The notes beneath the pieces were generated by a model that saw only the letters and a program-made list of their open reading frames with translations, was not told the DNA's origin and searched no databases. The translations under genes were made by a program, and so were the position numbers. From an uncultured bacterium (GTDB lineage Bacteria > Acidobacteriota > Aminicenantia > UBA2199), in the NCBI GenBank assembly GCA_965603365.1, contig CBFDCR010000004.1, positions 21,260 to 85,259 of the forward strand: DNA of 64,000 nt. Reading direction: 5' to 3'. Shown here piece by piece: positions 17,443 to 27,937 of the stretch. The stretch's first letter is position 1, and each line of letters starts with the position of its first letter.

Positions 17443-19233
17443 ATGAAAAATATCAGGAATTTTTCCATTATCGCCCATATCGACCACGGTAAAACCACCC
17501 TATCCGACCGACTGCTGGAAATCACCCACGCAGTATCAAAGCGAGAAATGCAGCAGCAGGTTCTGGATTCCATGGAGCTGGAAAGGGAGCGGGGCATCAC
17601 CATAAAATCCCATTTCGTACGGTTGAAATATCGGCACAGCGACGGCCAGGAATACATTCTGAACCTGATCGATACCCCCGGTCATATCGACTTCAATTAT
17701 GAAGTCTCCCGATCTCTGGCCGCCTGCGAAGGGGCCTTGCTGGTCATCGACTCCACCCAGGGGGTCGAGGCCCAGACCGTGGCCAACACCTATCTGGCCA
17801 TGGAAAACGACCTGGTATTGATCCCGGTGATGAACAAAATCGACCTGCCCAACAACGAACTGGAAAAATCTCTCGACCAGATGGAGAACATCATCGGCAT
17901 TGGCCGGGAAGAGGCCCTGAAAGTCAGCGCCAAAACCGGTCAACACGTGGATCAAATTATTCCCGCCATCATCCAGCGGATACCGCCTCCCCAGGGAGAC
18001 CCTCAAAAACCATTGAAAGGGCTGGTTTTCGATTCCTGGTTCGATTCCTACCGGGGGGTCATCATCCTGGTTAGAATCATCGACGGCATATTAAAAAGAG
18101 GGGGCAGAATAAAATTTCTCTCCAACAATGCCGAATACGAAGTCAACGAACTGGGGGTTCACACCCCCAAACCCATGCCCCTGAATCAATTGTCTGCCGG
18201 AAAAGTGGGCTACATCATCGGCAGCATCAAAAACATCGCCGAAGTTAAAATTGGCGATACCATTACTCTGGCCAGGGAGCACCGGGTCACGCCGCTGCCG
18301 GGTTTTAAAGAACCACAGCCCATGGTCTTTGCCGGGTTTTACCCCGGCGAAGGCACCAGTCATGAGGAATTACGGGAAGCCTTTGAGAAGCTCACCCTCA
18401 ACGATTCTTCCCTAACCTATGAACCCGAAACTTCGCCGGCCTTGGGCATCGGTTTCCGCTGCGGATTCCTGGGGCTCCTGCACAAGGAGATCATCCAGGA
18501 ACGGCTGGAACGGGAGTACAACCTCACCATTGTGACCACTGCCCCATCGGTGAGATACCGGGTGACCACAAGCAAAGGAGATATCTTCGAAATCGAATCC
18601 CCCGCCCAACTGCCGCCGCCGCAAAATCTCCAGAAAATTGAAGAACCCTATATCGAAGCCATTTTCCTCACCCCCGAAAAATATCTGGGCAATATACTAA
18701 AATTACTCCAGAGCCGCCGGGGGATCCACAAGAAGATGGATTTTATCAGCGCCCAGACCATCTATTTAACCTACGATCTTCCCTTAGCAGAGGTTCTGTA
18801 CGACTTCTTTAACAAACTCAAATCGATTTCCCAGGGCTATGCCTCCTTCGATTACGAATTCAAAGCCTTCCGGGAATCTCCCCTGGATAAACTGGATATA
18901 TTGATCAACCAACAGCCGGTGGATGCCTTCTCTTTAATCGTCCACAAGGATAAAGCCTACGCCATCGGCAACCAGTTGACCTCCAAAATGAAGGCGCTGA
19001 TTCCCCGGCAGTTGTTCGAGGTGGTCATCCAGGCGGCCATCGGCAAACGGGTGATTGCCAGGACCGTGGTCAAGGCGCTGCGAAAGAATGTGCTGGCCAA
19101 ATGCTACGGCGGGGATGTGACCCGGAAGATGAAACTCCTGGAAAAGCAGAAAAAGGGCAAAAAACGGATGAAACGGATCGGCAAGGTGGATATCCCCCAG
19201 GAGGCTTTCCTGGCCGCCCTCGACCTCGAATAA
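17443..19233 (+). CDS. lepA: elongation factor 4 (LepA)
   Basis: G-domain [27 protein letters not shown]; LepA-specific C-terminal domain; ~596 aa. Confidence 0.95.
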   Translation: MKNIRNFSIIAHIDHGKTTLSDRLLEITHAVSKREMQQQVLDSMELERERGITIKSHFVRLKYRHSDGQEYILNLIDTPGHIDFNYEVSRSLAACEGALLVIDSTQGVEAQTVANTYLAMENDLVLIPVMNKIDLPNNELEKSLDQMENIIGIGREEALKVSAKTGQHVDQIIPAIIQRIPPPQGDPQKPLKGLVFDSWFDSYRGVIILVRIIDGILKRGGRIKFLSNNAEYEVNELGVHTPKPMPLNQLSAGKVGYIIGSIKNIAEVKIGDTITLAREHRVTPLPGFKEPQPMVFAGFYPGEGTSHEELREAFEKLTLNDSSLTYEPETSPALGIGFRCGFLGLLHKEIIQERLEREYNLTIVTTAPSVRYRVTTSKGDIFEIESPAQLPPPQNLQKIEEPYIEAIFLTPEKYLGNILKLLQSRRGIHKKMDFISAQTIYLTYDLPLAEVLYDFFNKLKSISQGYASFDYEFKAFRESPLDKLDILINQQPVDAFSLIVHKDKAYAIGNQLTSKMKALIPRQLFEVVIQAAIGKRVIARTVVKALRKNVLAKCYGGDVTRKMKLLEKQKKGKKRMKRIGKVDIPQEAFLAALDLE

Positions 19234-19242
19234 AGAATACGA

Positions 19243-19450
19243 GAAAAAAGTACCGGTACGCGGGAGATGAGTACCGGGACTTAAAGGATGTGTACCGGTA
19301 CTCGAATCATATGTACCGGTACACGAAGGGTGAGTACCGGGACACAAGGGATGGGGAGCGGTACACAGAGGGTGTGTACCGGGACACGAAAAAAAAGTAC
19401 CGGTACTCAAAGGACGAGTACCGGTACTCGGAAGGTGAGTTTCGTGAAGC
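19243..19450. repeat. 21-bp tandem repeat array B (~10 units, consensus ~GAGTACCGGGACACGAAGGGT, with palindromic core GTACCGGTAC)
   Basis: GTACC recurs at 19250, 19271, 19292, 19313, 19334, 19376, 19397 and 19418 at an exact 21-bp period, with degenerate units at 19355 and 19439; lies in the convergent region between lepA and hutI. Confidence 0.85.
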
Positions 19451-19461
19451 GGTTGAAGTAT

Positions 19462-20742
19462 TTATTTGTCATAGACCAGTTGATGGTTTTTGACCACCAC
19501 TTCGCCTGATTTAATGACCGTGTGGATGGGGTTGATGCCTAAGTGGTAGGCTAAGTAGCTGTAGTCGGGGATGTCCATGAGCAGGACATCCATCCTCTTG
19601 CCGGGGGCAAAGGAGCCGACCCGGCGGTGGCGATCCACCGCATAGGCGGCATTGATGGTGACGGTGTTGATGGCCTCCTCGATGGTGAGGCCCATCTGGA
19701 AGATGCCTAAGTGGAAGATAAACAACTGGGAGGAGATCATGGAACTGCCGGGATTAAAATCACTGCCCAGGGCCACGATGCCGTTTTGCTCGATCACCCG
19801 GCGGATGGGGGCGTATGCCTTCATCTTCAAGAAGAAGGAGACCCCCGGCAGGAACACGCAGGCGGTATCGGAAGCAGAGATGGCCTCGATCTCCTCGGCG
19901 GTCATGGCGATGAGGTGCTCGGCGGATACCGCCTTTTTTTTGACCGCCAGCAGCGCGGCCCGGTTGGAGGTGAACTCGTCGGCATGGATCTTGAGCTTAA
20001 AACCCTGCTTCTGGGCCTCATCGAGGAAGTAGGCCGCCTCGTCGTAGGAGAAATAGCCCTCTTCGCAGAAGATATCGACAAATTCGGCCAGCTCCCGTTT
20101 CCTGACCTCCGGCATGACCTGCCGCACCAGGAACTCCAGGAACTCCCGGTTGCGGCCCCGGTAGTCATCGGGAATCTCGTGGGCCCCCATGAAGGTGGGA
20201 ACGACCGCCACCGGGTGAAAGGCATTGACCGCCTGAATGACTTCCAACTGTTTGATCTCGGTCTCCATGTCCAGGCCGTAGCCGCTCTTGGCTTCGCAGG
20301 TGGTGGTGCCGGAGAGCAGGATGTGATCCAGCCGATTTTCGCTGGCCTTGACCAATTCATCGATATCGACCTGCCGGGTCTGGCGCACCGTGCCCCGGAT
20401 GCCGCCGCCTTTGCGGGCAATCTCCTGGTAACCGACCCCCTGAAGTTTCTGGCGAAACTCGTCCTGGCGGGTACCGGCAAAGGGGAGGTGGGTGTGGGGG
20501 TCTACAAATCCGGGAAAGGCGACAAAATCGGAGCCGTCGATGACCACCGCTCCTTCAGCTAAGGTACAACTCTTTTGAAAATCCTCTTCAAAACCGATAA
20601 AGGTAATGTTTTCGCCGCTGGCCCCCAGCCAGACGTTGTGGGAGACCTTGATGGCGTTCAATTCACTGCCCCGCACCACCTGGTCGTCGGCGGGGCTGAC
20701 CAACTCTTTAATATTTTTAATTAAGGTAGTAATTTCAATCAT
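19462..20742 (-). CDS. hutI: imidazolonepropionase
   Basis: Amidohydrolase motifs GFVDPHTHLPFAGTR, ...GYQEIARKGGGIRGTV..TR typical of HutI, and an HADE metal-binding region. Confidence 0.8.
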   Translation of the reverse strand: MIEITTLIKNIKELVSPADDQVVRGSELNAIKVSHNVWLGASGENITFIGFEEDFQKSCTLAEGAVVIDGSDFVAFPGFVDPHTHLPFAGTRQDEFRQKLQGVGYQEIARKGGGIRGTVRQTRQVDIDELVKASENRLDHILLSGTTTCEAKSGYGLDMETEIKQLEVIQAVNAFHPVAVVPTFMGAHEIPDDYRGRNREFLEFLVRQVMPEVRKRELAEFVDIFCEEGYFSYDEAAYFLDEAQKQGFKLKIHADEFTSNRAALLAVKKKAVSAEHLIAMTAEEIEAISASDTACVFLPGVSFFLKMKAYAPIRRVIEQNGIVALGSDFNPGSSMISSQLFIFHLGIFQMGLTIEEAINTVTINAAYAVDRHRRVGSFAPGKRMDVLLMDIPDYSYLAYHLGINPIHTVIKSGEVVVKNHQLVYDK

Positions 20743-21998
20743 TTTTTCCCCGTCACTTTTGGCCGCTGAAATACCGGCACGTCCAGGTAATCGTCAAAAT
20801 CATCGGGATTGGTGGACATACTCGGTAAATTGCTCTCGTTGATATAGTCGAATTTATCCGACAGGTTGACCGAGTTTTCCCGGGGTTTAAAGGATAATCT
20901 CTCCTGCTGCTCCACATTCCGGGGTTTGAAATTGTCGGCCCGGGGGGGCGTCGGCGTACGAGGAACGGCGTTATTACTTTTTACCTGGGCGGCCGTTTTA
21001 TAAGCCGGTTGAGATCTCTCGCCTTCCTCACCGAAGCCGGTGGCAATCACCGTCACCCTTAATACATCACCCAGGCTCTCGTCATCCACAATACCAAATT
21101 TAACTTTAGCATCGGCAGCGGCATTCTCCCGGATAATTTCGGAAATCACACCGATCTCTTTTAAACTCAAGCTGGTCGAAGCGGTGATGTTGTACAACAC
21201 ACCGGTGGCGCCCTTAATGGCCACATTATCCAGGAGCGGCGACGTCAGGGCTTTACGGGTGGCCTCGTCGGCCCGATTCTCCCCTTTGGCTTCGCCTGTA
21301 CCCATCAGGGTGCGCCCCTTTTCGGACATGACGGCCCGGACATCGGCGAAATCGACGTTTTGATACCCCGGATTATTGATGATATCGGAAATACCCCGGA
21401 CAGCCTTCAGTAAAATTTCATCGACCTTCTTGTAGGCCTCTTTGTAGGAAAGATCCGCATCCTCCAACTCGAACAATTTCTGATTGGGGATCACAATCAG
21501 GGCATCCACACTCTTCATCAGATTTTGAATGCCCTCCTCGGCCACCGCCATGCGGCTGTTCCCCTCAAAAAAGAAGGGCCTGGTCACCACCGCCACGGTG
21601 AGGATGCCCATGGAGGAGGAGTGATTGGCAATCACCTGGGAGGCGCCGGTACCGGTACCGCCGCCCATACCGGCGGTGACGAATACCATGTTGGCACCCT
21701 CCAGCACATCGATAATGGCCTCGGTGCTCTCAAGCGCCGCCTGCATGCCGATTTCGGCATTGGACCCGGCCCCTAAACCACGGGTAATTTTTTCACCGAT
21801 TTGCAGGCTCATAGCCGGAGATTTGATATTGGAAAGATCCTGGACATCGGTATTGATGGCCACAAAATCGACGCCCCTCAACCCTTCCTCGATCATACGG
21901 TTAATGGCATTTCCGCCGGCACCGCCGACTCCCAGAACCCGCAGCACCGCACCTATTCGTTCTTCGTCTGCATACGTTATTTTGATATCGTTCGCCAT
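20739..21998 (-). CDS. ftsZ: cell division GTPase FtsZ
   Basis: [13 protein letters not shown], tubulin signature [18 protein letters not shown]-terminal variable linker; ATGA overlap with hutI. Confidence 0.95.
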   Translation of the reverse strand: MANDIKITYADEERIGAVLRVLGVGGAGGNAINRMIEEGLRGVDFVAINTDVQDLSNIKSPAMSLQIGEKITRGLGAGSNAEIGMQAALESTEAIIDVLEGANMVFVTAGMGGGTGTGASQVIANHSSSMGILTVAVVTRPFFFEGNSRMAVAEEGIQNLMKSVDALIVIPNQKLFELEDADLSYKEAYKKVDEILLKAVRGISDIINNPGYQNVDFADVRAVMSEKGRTLMGTGEAKGENRADEATRKALTSPLLDNVAIKGATGVLYNITASTSLSLKEIGVISEIIRENAAADAKVKFGIVDDESLGDVLRVTVIATGFGEEGERSQPAYKTAAQVKSNNAVPRTPTPPRADNFKPRNVEQQERLSFKPRENSVNLSDKFDYINESNLPSMSTNPDDFDDYLDVPVFQRPKVTGKK

Positions 21999-22007
21999 GT
22001 CGTCTCC

Positions 22008-23228
22008 CTAAAAGCCCAATTGTTTCTTTATTTTTTGAAAAAACCCCAGGGATTGGTTCTTGATAACCCCCCGATCTTTCATATCCAGCAGCCCGTATCT
22101 CAAGAGACCGGTAGAGGTGGCAAAATCGGGGGTATTGACCTTATCGATCAGGCCGCCGTAATCCCGGGGCCGTCCGATCCGCACCGGGGCGGAAAATATG
22201 TCGTCGGCAATCTCAATCAGGCCGTCCAGTACGGCGGACCCGCCGGTGACGACGATGCCGGCATTGATGGCATTCTCCAGGCCCTCGGACTCGATCTTTT
22301 CTTTTACCATTTCGAAAATCTCCTCGGCCCGTGGTTTCAATATATCCGATAGTAACGTCACCGAAATCAACCGCCGCTTTTTACCCCCCACGCTGGGGAT
22401 CTCAATATTCTGATTTTTCCAGTTGGGATCGGTCCCGCAGCCGTATTTCCGTTTGATTTGCTCGGCCTTATCGATAGGGGTGCGGGTGCCGATGGCCAGA
22501 TCATTGGTAAAATTATCGCCCCCCACGCCCACGGTGGCGGAATAACTCAACGCCCCCTTCTCATACACCGCCAGGTCGGTAGTACCGCCGCCGATGTCGA
22601 TCAAGGCCACCCCCAGCTCTCTCTCATCGGCAGTCAAAACGGATTCCGCAGTGGCGATATGGGACAGCACCATCTTGATCACATCGATCCTGGCCTTCTT
22701 CAAACAGATGAGCAAATTTTTGGTGGAGGTCATGGCCGCGGTGACGATGTGAATGTAGACCTCGAGGTTTGAGCCGATCATACCGATGGGATTCTTAATA
22801 CCTTCCTGGGTATCCACAATAAACTCCTGGGTCAACACATGAAGGATATCTTTGTCGTTGGGCAGCATGATGCTGCTGCCGTGGGTGACGGCCCGGTCCA
22901 CATCCTCCTTGGTGATCTCACGATTTCTGCCGCTGATGTTGATGCTGCCTTTGGCATTGACCGACTGAATATGGCTGCCGGAAATGTTTACATAGGCCGA
23001 TTCTATCTCCACACCGGCGGTCAATTCCGCCTCCTTTACCGAGCGCCTGATATCTTCTACTGTCCGGTGCATATCGACGATTACACCTTTTCGGAGGCCC
23101 TTCGATTCGGTGATGCCGTAACCGATGATTTCGAGCTCGTCGGTCTCGTCTTCGGTTTTCACCTGCCCGATCAGGGTACAAATTTTTTTTGTCCCGATAT
23201 CTATGCCTACCAGATAATTGTCCTTCAT
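22008..23228 (-). CDS. ftsA: cell division protein FtsA
   Basis: Actin-fold motifs [15 protein letters not shown] and [15 protein letters not shown]; the likely start is [13 protein letters not shown] (23228) rather than the ORF-track start 23276, which overlaps ftsQ. Confidence 0.9.
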   Translation of the reverse strand: MKDNYLVGIDIGTKKICTLIGQVKTEDETDELEIIGYGITESKGLRKGVIVDMHRTVEDIRRSVKEAELTAGVEIESAYVNISGSHIQSVNAKGSINISGRNREITKEDVDRAVTHGSSIMLPNDKDILHVLTQEFIVDTQEGIKNPIGMIGSNLEVYIHIVTAAMTSTKNLLICLKKARIDVIKMVLSHIATAESVLTADERELGVALIDIGGGTTDLAVYEKGALSYSATVGVGGDNFTNDLAIGTRTPIDKAEQIKRKYGCGTDPNWKNQNIEIPSVGGKKRRLISVTLLSDILKPRAEEIFEMVKEKIESEGLENAINAGIVVTGGSAVLDGLIEIADDIFSAPVRIGRPRDYGGLIDKVNTPDFATSTGLLRYGLLDMKDRGVIKNQSLGFFQKIKKQLGF

Positions 23229-23229
23229 T

Positions 23230-24027
23230 TTAATGTCTTGCCTCCTCTTCAAATTCAAGGTAAAATCTATCCTCAAACCTCAGATCCACACATTTTATCT
23301 TTTGGGCAGCCAACGGTATCTTTTTCCTCAACTCCAGATAGTGCACGATTCGATCCACAAAATGGCCTTCTCCGGGATAAAAAAACTCATCGATGCCCTT
23401 TAATTTGACCAGCACCTTGTGAGGTTTCTGGAAACCGATATAGTCAATAGAACTGCGAATCCGACGCATTTCCGGTAAATAGGGTATAATACTTTCCAAC
23501 TGCTCCGGCAGGACCTTACGGATGGTAATCAATCCATCGACTCGTGACGGGGTGGTATAGAGAAACGTCCCTTCGTCGTCCATAATGCGGCAGCCGTTCT
23601 TTCCCTGGATCTGAAACACCGGTTCCCTCAATTTAAAGCAAATTTCTATGGTGGAGGGAAGATGCTTACTCAACACTACATCCTTGACTTCAGTCAATGT
23701 CAGGAGTTCCCGCCGCAGATCATCAAAATTGAAACTCAAGATATTGCCGCCGTAATGCTGGACGATGCGCCGCACTTTCTGGGCACCCATTTTGGGGGAG
23801 TTGGCCAGGTGAAAAGACTTTATGTTTAGTTTTTCCCAGGTTAACAGAAAGCGGGCGGATTTGTAGATGAGGAATGTCAGGCTAACCAGGATCGAAAAAA
23901 TAAAGAATAGATGAATCCCTTTTATCTTAATGCTTTTTATTTTCTTTTGCCGACTCAGGGAGCGATTGTTGCGTTTTCTGAGAAAATCGGCCTCGGTGAC
24001 GATACCCACCCTGGATAGTTCTCTCAT
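23230..24027 (-). CDS. ftsQ: cell division protein FtsQ/DivIB (POTRA domain)
   Basis: Single N-terminal TM helix (IHLFFIFSILVSLTFLIY), POTRA-like region, position between murC and ftsA. Confidence 0.7.
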   Translation of the reverse strand: MRELSRVGIVTEADFLRKRNNRSLSRQKKIKSIKIKGIHLFFIFSILVSLTFLIYKSARFLLTWEKLNIKSFHLANSPKMGAQKVRRIVQHYGGNILSFNFDDLRRELLTLTEVKDVVLSKHLPSTIEICFKLREPVFQIQGKNGCRIMDDEGTFLYTTPSRVDGLITIRKVLPEQLESIIPYLPEMRRIRSSIDYIGFQKPHKVLVKLKGIDEFFYPGEGHFVDRIVHYLELRKKIPLAAQKIKCVDLRFEDRFYLEFEEEARH

Positions 24028-25430
24028 CTGCGACTTCCTGCCTTCCGGCCGGCCATCTTCTCCAGCACCTCGGCAAACCGGTGAGCGGTGCGGGTTAAGT
24101 CTCCGGCCGATAAGAACAAGAAGGCATCGCCTTTTTGCATTTCCTGCCGGAGACAGCCAATAATATCCTCGAGTTCTTCTATATAGCGCACATCTTGTAG
24201 ACCCTCTCCCCTGATCTTTTCGGCCAGAATTTTACCATCCACATTCTCGATCTCCTTCTGATTGGCGGCATAGATTCTGGCCACGATCAGGCGATCCACC
24301 CCCTGAAAGGCGGAGGCAAACTTCTCCATCAGTATCTGCAGCCGGCTAAACCGGTGGGGCTGAAAGATGGCCACGATCCGTTTGAAATCTCCCAGTTTGA
24401 GGGTATCGACGGTGGTCTTGATTTCACTGGGATGGTGGGCGTAATCGTCGACCACCAGATAGTCCGGCGAGTAAAACAACACCTGGAATCGCCTCTCCGG
24501 CAGATAAAATTTCTTTAAACCCTCCTGGATGACCGGCATATCGATGCCGATCTCCACCGCCGCGGTAATGGCGGCTAAGGCATTGTAGATGTTGTGAATG
24601 CCGCCCACATTCAGCTCCATCCGGCCGCGGTATTCGCCCAGGATGAACAGATCGAAGGCGGTCCCAAATAGGGAATTTTTTATGTTTTCCACCCGGATAT
24701 CGGTGTCCGCCGACAGGCTGTAGGTCAGCACCCGCTTGTTCAGGTGGGGCAGGATCTGTCGAGAATGTGAACAATCGTAGTTGAGAATCACCGATCCATA
24801 GAAGGGAACCTTATTACCGAATTGCAGAAATGACTCCCGCAAACGATCCATATTCTGATAGTAATCCAGATGGTCGTCTTCGATATTGGTGATGACCGCA
24901 ATGGTGGGAAATAGACTCAAGAAACTGCCGTCCGATTCATCGGCTTCGGCAATCAGGTAGGCCGATTTCCCCAGCTTGGCTCCGCTTTCGCCGGTCTTCA
25001 ACTTACCGCCCACCACAAAGGTGGGATCCTTGCTGGCATGGCTGAGAATCGTGGCGATCATCGAAGTGGTGGTGGTTTTACCGTGGGTCCCGGCCACTGC
25101 TACCGAGAATTTCACCCGCATTAATTCTGCCAGCATCTCGGCCCGGGGAATCACCGGGATCTTCCGCTTGAGTGCCTCTTTGACCTCCACATTGTCCGGG
25201 GTAACGGCACTGGAATAGACCAGGGTCTCGGCGTCAGCGACATTGTCCTTCCGGTGTCCCAGGAAAACGTCGATCCCCATGCTCCTCAACCGGTTGATGG
25301 TGTCACCCTCGGCAATATCGGAGCCGGATACGACAAATCCCATGTTGTGTAAGACTTCGGCGATGCCCGACATACCGGCGCCGCCGATGCCGACAAAATG
25401 AATCTTTCTCACTCGACTGTATTCAATCAT
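24024..25430 (-). CDS. murC: UDP-N-acetylmuramate--L-alanine ligase
   Basis: IHFVGIGGAGMSGIAEVL, AGTHGKTTTTSMIA (Mur ligase P-loop), ~468 aa. Confidence 0.9.
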   Translation of the reverse strand: MIEYSRVRKIHFVGIGGAGMSGIAEVLHNMGFVVSGSDIAEGDTINRLRSMGIDVFLGHRKDNVADAETLVYSSAVTPDNVEVKEALKRKIPVIPRAEMLAELMRVKFSVAVAGTHGKTTTTSMIATILSHASKDPTFVVGGKLKTGESGAKLGKSAYLIAEADESDGSFLSLFPTIAVITNIEDDHLDYYQNMDRLRESFLQFGNKVPFYGSVILNYDCSHSRQILPHLNKRVLTYSLSADTDIRVENIKNSLFGTAFDLFILGEYRGRMELNVGGIHNIYNALAAITAAVEIGIDMPVIQEGLKKFYLPERRFQVLFYSPDYLVVDDYAHHPSEIKTTVDTLKLGDFKRIVAIFQPHRFSRLQILMEKFASAFQGVDRLIVARIYAANQKEIENVDGKILAEKIRGEGLQDVRYIEELEDIIGCLRQEMQKGDAFLFLSAGDLTRTAHRFAEVLEKMAGRKAGSRR

Positions 25431-26550
25431 TTAAAAGCACCGTTTTCCTGTGTCGGGACACGTTGATGATGATCCCGGTAACGATCAAGCTGGAAACCAG
25501 GGAACTGCCGCCGATGGATATAAAAGGCAGGGGAATACCGGTGGTGGGGAAAATCCCCAGGGTGACGGAAATGTTGATCATGGCCTGGCACACAACCAGA
25601 AAAGTGAGGCCGATGACCAGCAGATAGGTGTGGCGGTTTCCCGAATGTTTGGCAATAACAACGCCCCTGGCCAAAAAAATCATAAACAGCATGATGACAA
25701 AGAGAGCGCCGATGAGTCCCACCTCCTCGCCGATGATGGAATAGATAAAATCGGTATAGGCGTAGGGCAAAAAAAAGAGTTTCTGGGTCGACTTTCCCAA
25801 CCCCTGCCCGAAGATACCGCCGGAGCCCACCGCATTCAGCGACTGCATCACCTGGAAATTAAAGGTGGCGCCATACTTGTCGGGGTTAAAAAAGGCCACA
25901 ATGCGATTCATCTTATCGGGACTGAGCTTGATGATCAAATAGAAAAGGGGTATCAGACCGGCCAGGGATGCGGCAAAGTACCTGATCTTTAACCCGGCGA
26001 TAAACAGCACCACCATGGTGATGAACAGGATCAAGAAGAAATTCCCGTAATCCGGCTCTTTCAAGATCAATATTTCAATTAAGAACACCGGTATCAAGAT
26101 TAGCGCCAATTTTTTTAGATTATTCACCTCTTCATCTTTTCTGCCCAGCATATAGGATAAATACAACACCGCCGCAATCTTGGCAAACTCCGACGGCTGC
26201 AGCGAAAAACCGGCAAACCGAATCCAGCGGTAACTGTTATTGATTTTACCGCCGAAAAAGACCAGCACCAGGGCGGCCGTACTTAAAATTAAGACCAGCC
26301 AGACCATTTTCTGATCCAGATAAATGGGCTGCCTCAAGGTGACGATGATTAAAAAAATAATGAAACCGACACTCAGCCACATCACCTGCCTCTTTAAAAA
26401 ATAGAAGCTGTCCCCGAAGTTCTCCTTGGCCATGATCATGGTGGAACTGTAAACCATAATGAGGCCAAACAGTAACAAGCAGATCACCGCGATCAGCAAG
26501 AACTTGTCGATGCCGATGTTCTTAACCATTGGCCACCCCACTCCGGGCAC
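25423..26550 (-). CDS. ftsW: SEDS-family peptidoglycan polymerase FtsW
   Basis: ~10 TM helices, conserved FtsW/RodA blocks (..PSEFAKI.., ..GLPLPFISIGGSSL..); the start may be MVKNIG (26529). Confidence 0.85.
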   Translation of the reverse strand: MPGVGWPMVKNIGIDKFLLIAVICLLLFGLIMVYSSTMIMAKENFGDSFYFLKRQVMWLSVGFIIFLIIVTLRQPIYLDQKMVWLVLILSTAALVLVFFGGKINNSYRWIRFAGFSLQPSEFAKIAAVLYLSYMLGRKDEEVNNLKKLALILIPVFLIEILILKEPDYGNFFLILFITMVVLFIAGLKIRYFAASLAGLIPLFYLIIKLSPDKMNRIVAFFNPDKYGATFNFQVMQSLNAVGSGGIFGQGLGKSTQKLFFLPYAYTDFIYSIIGEEVGLIGALFVIMLFMIFLARGVVIAKHSGNRHTYLLVIGLTFLVVCQAMINISVTLGIFPTTGIPLPFISIGGSSLVSSLIVTGIIINVSRHRKTVLLND

Positions 26551-27937
26551 CCAAATGTTGCCTCTTCAGCGACAAAAAGGCCTCCCTGAACACTTCGCCC
26601 CGGTGCTCGAAACTGTGAAACATGTCGAAGCTGGCACATCCGGGCGACAGCAGCACCACGCCGCCGTTCTCTCTGGATTGCAGCAGTTGGTACCCACACT
26701 TGACCGCTTCGTTAAGATCGGGGACGAATTCACATCGATCCCTGACATGGGAAAGCTGCTCATAAATGGCAGTGGCAGCCTGTCCCATCAGCAAGACCTT
26801 ATTTACCCTTTCAGTTACAGCCTTTTCCAGCAAGGAAAAGTCGCCGCCCTTATCCTTGCCGCCTAAGATGACGACCAGATCTCCGCTGAAGCTGTTCAAT
26901 GATTTTAAGGCGGCATCCACGTTGGTGGCCTTGGAATCGTTGATAAATTCGACCTTACCGATACCGCCCAACGATTCCATCCGATGGGGCAGCCCCTTGA
27001 AGGTCTCCAGAGCCGCCTCGATTTCATGGGTCCCTAAGCCCATCAACCGGACAGCAGTCACGGCGGCCAGTACATTTTCGGCATTGTGAATGCCCCTCAG
27101 CGGATTACGTCTCAGGGAGATACGATCGGTTTTCCCCGCCCACTTGAGATCGGCCGCGTCGTCTTTGATGAAGGCCCGCTGCGCCGCCCACTCCAACTCT
27201 TCATCAATGGAAAACCAGATGCGCCGACCCATTCCCGGCAGAGTAAAATTCCCCAGCAGCGGGGCATCGTGATGGTTTAGAATCTGGTAGTCGGAGTCCG
27301 TTTGATTTTTAAAGATATTGAACTTGGCCACAAAATAATCGTCCTTTGCCGGATAACGATCCAGATGGTCGGAGGTTACATTTAATAGTACGGCGATATG
27401 GGGTCTGAAATCAAAGATCTCCTCCAACTGGAAACTGGATACCTCCAGCACCACGATGGAGTCGACGGCGATCCGATTTACCTCCGAAATAACGGGATTG
27501 CCGATGTTGCCCGCCAGCAAACTATTACGGCCGCTGCTGGTTAGAAAATGGTGGATCAGGCTGACGGTGGTCGATTTTCCGTTGGTGCCGGTCACGGCAA
27601 CCAGCGGGGCATTGATAAATTGGCTGGCAAATTCGATCTCCGAAATCAAGCGGATTCCCTTTTTCCGAAGGGGAGAAAATCGAGGAGTACGGGCATTCAC
27701 CCCGGGACTCATGATGATCAAATCCATCTCCCCAAGGCGGTTAAAATCCTCCGATCCGACCAAAAACGTCACCCCCCGCTTTTTGTAATCCTCGATCTCC
27801 TGCGCCTCAATCCGGGGGTTATCATCGTACAGGTATAAATGTCCCGCCTGTTTCTCGATCAACAAAAATTCCAGCAGAGCCTTGCCGGTCTTGCCGAAAC
27901 CCACCACAGCCACCTTACCTTCACTACCCTCAGTCAT
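26522..27937 (-). CDS. murD: UDP-N-acetylmuramoylalanine--D-glutamate ligase
   Basis: KVAVVGFGKTGKALLEFL, VAVTGTNGKSTTVSLI; the ORF-track start 27970 overlaps murF, so MTEGSEGK (27937) is more likely. Confidence 0.9.
   Translation of the reverse strand: MTEGSEGKVAVVGFGKTGKALLEFLLIEKQAGHLYLYDDNPRIEAQEIEDYKKRGVTFLVGSEDFNRLGEMDLIIMSPGVNARTPRFSPLRKKGIRLISEIEFASQFINAPLVAVTGTNGKSTTVSLIHHFLTSSGRNSLLAGNIGNPVISEVNRIAVDSIVVLEVSSFQLEEIFDFRPHIAVLLNVTSDHLDRYPAKDDYFVAKFNIFKNQTDSDYQILNHHDAPLLGNFTLPGMGRRIWFSIDEELEWAAQRAFIKDDAADLKWAGKTDRISLRRNPLRGIHNAENVLAAVTAVRLMGLGTHEIEAALETFKGLPHRMESLGGIGKVEFINDSKATNVDAALKSLNSFSGDLVVILGGKDKGGDFSLLEKAVTERVNKVLLMGQAATAIYEQLSHVRDRCEFVPDLNEAVKCGYQLLQSRENGGVVLLSPGCASFDMFHSFEHRGEVFREAFLSLKRQHLGARSGVANG

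Noticed and set aside
19711-20562. 283-aa and other long plus-strand ORFs inside hutI, and similar Gly/Arg-rich antisense ORFs throughout the GC-rich genes
   Set aside because: Antisense to well-supported genes, compositionally biased, no RBS. Typical high-GC shadow ORFs
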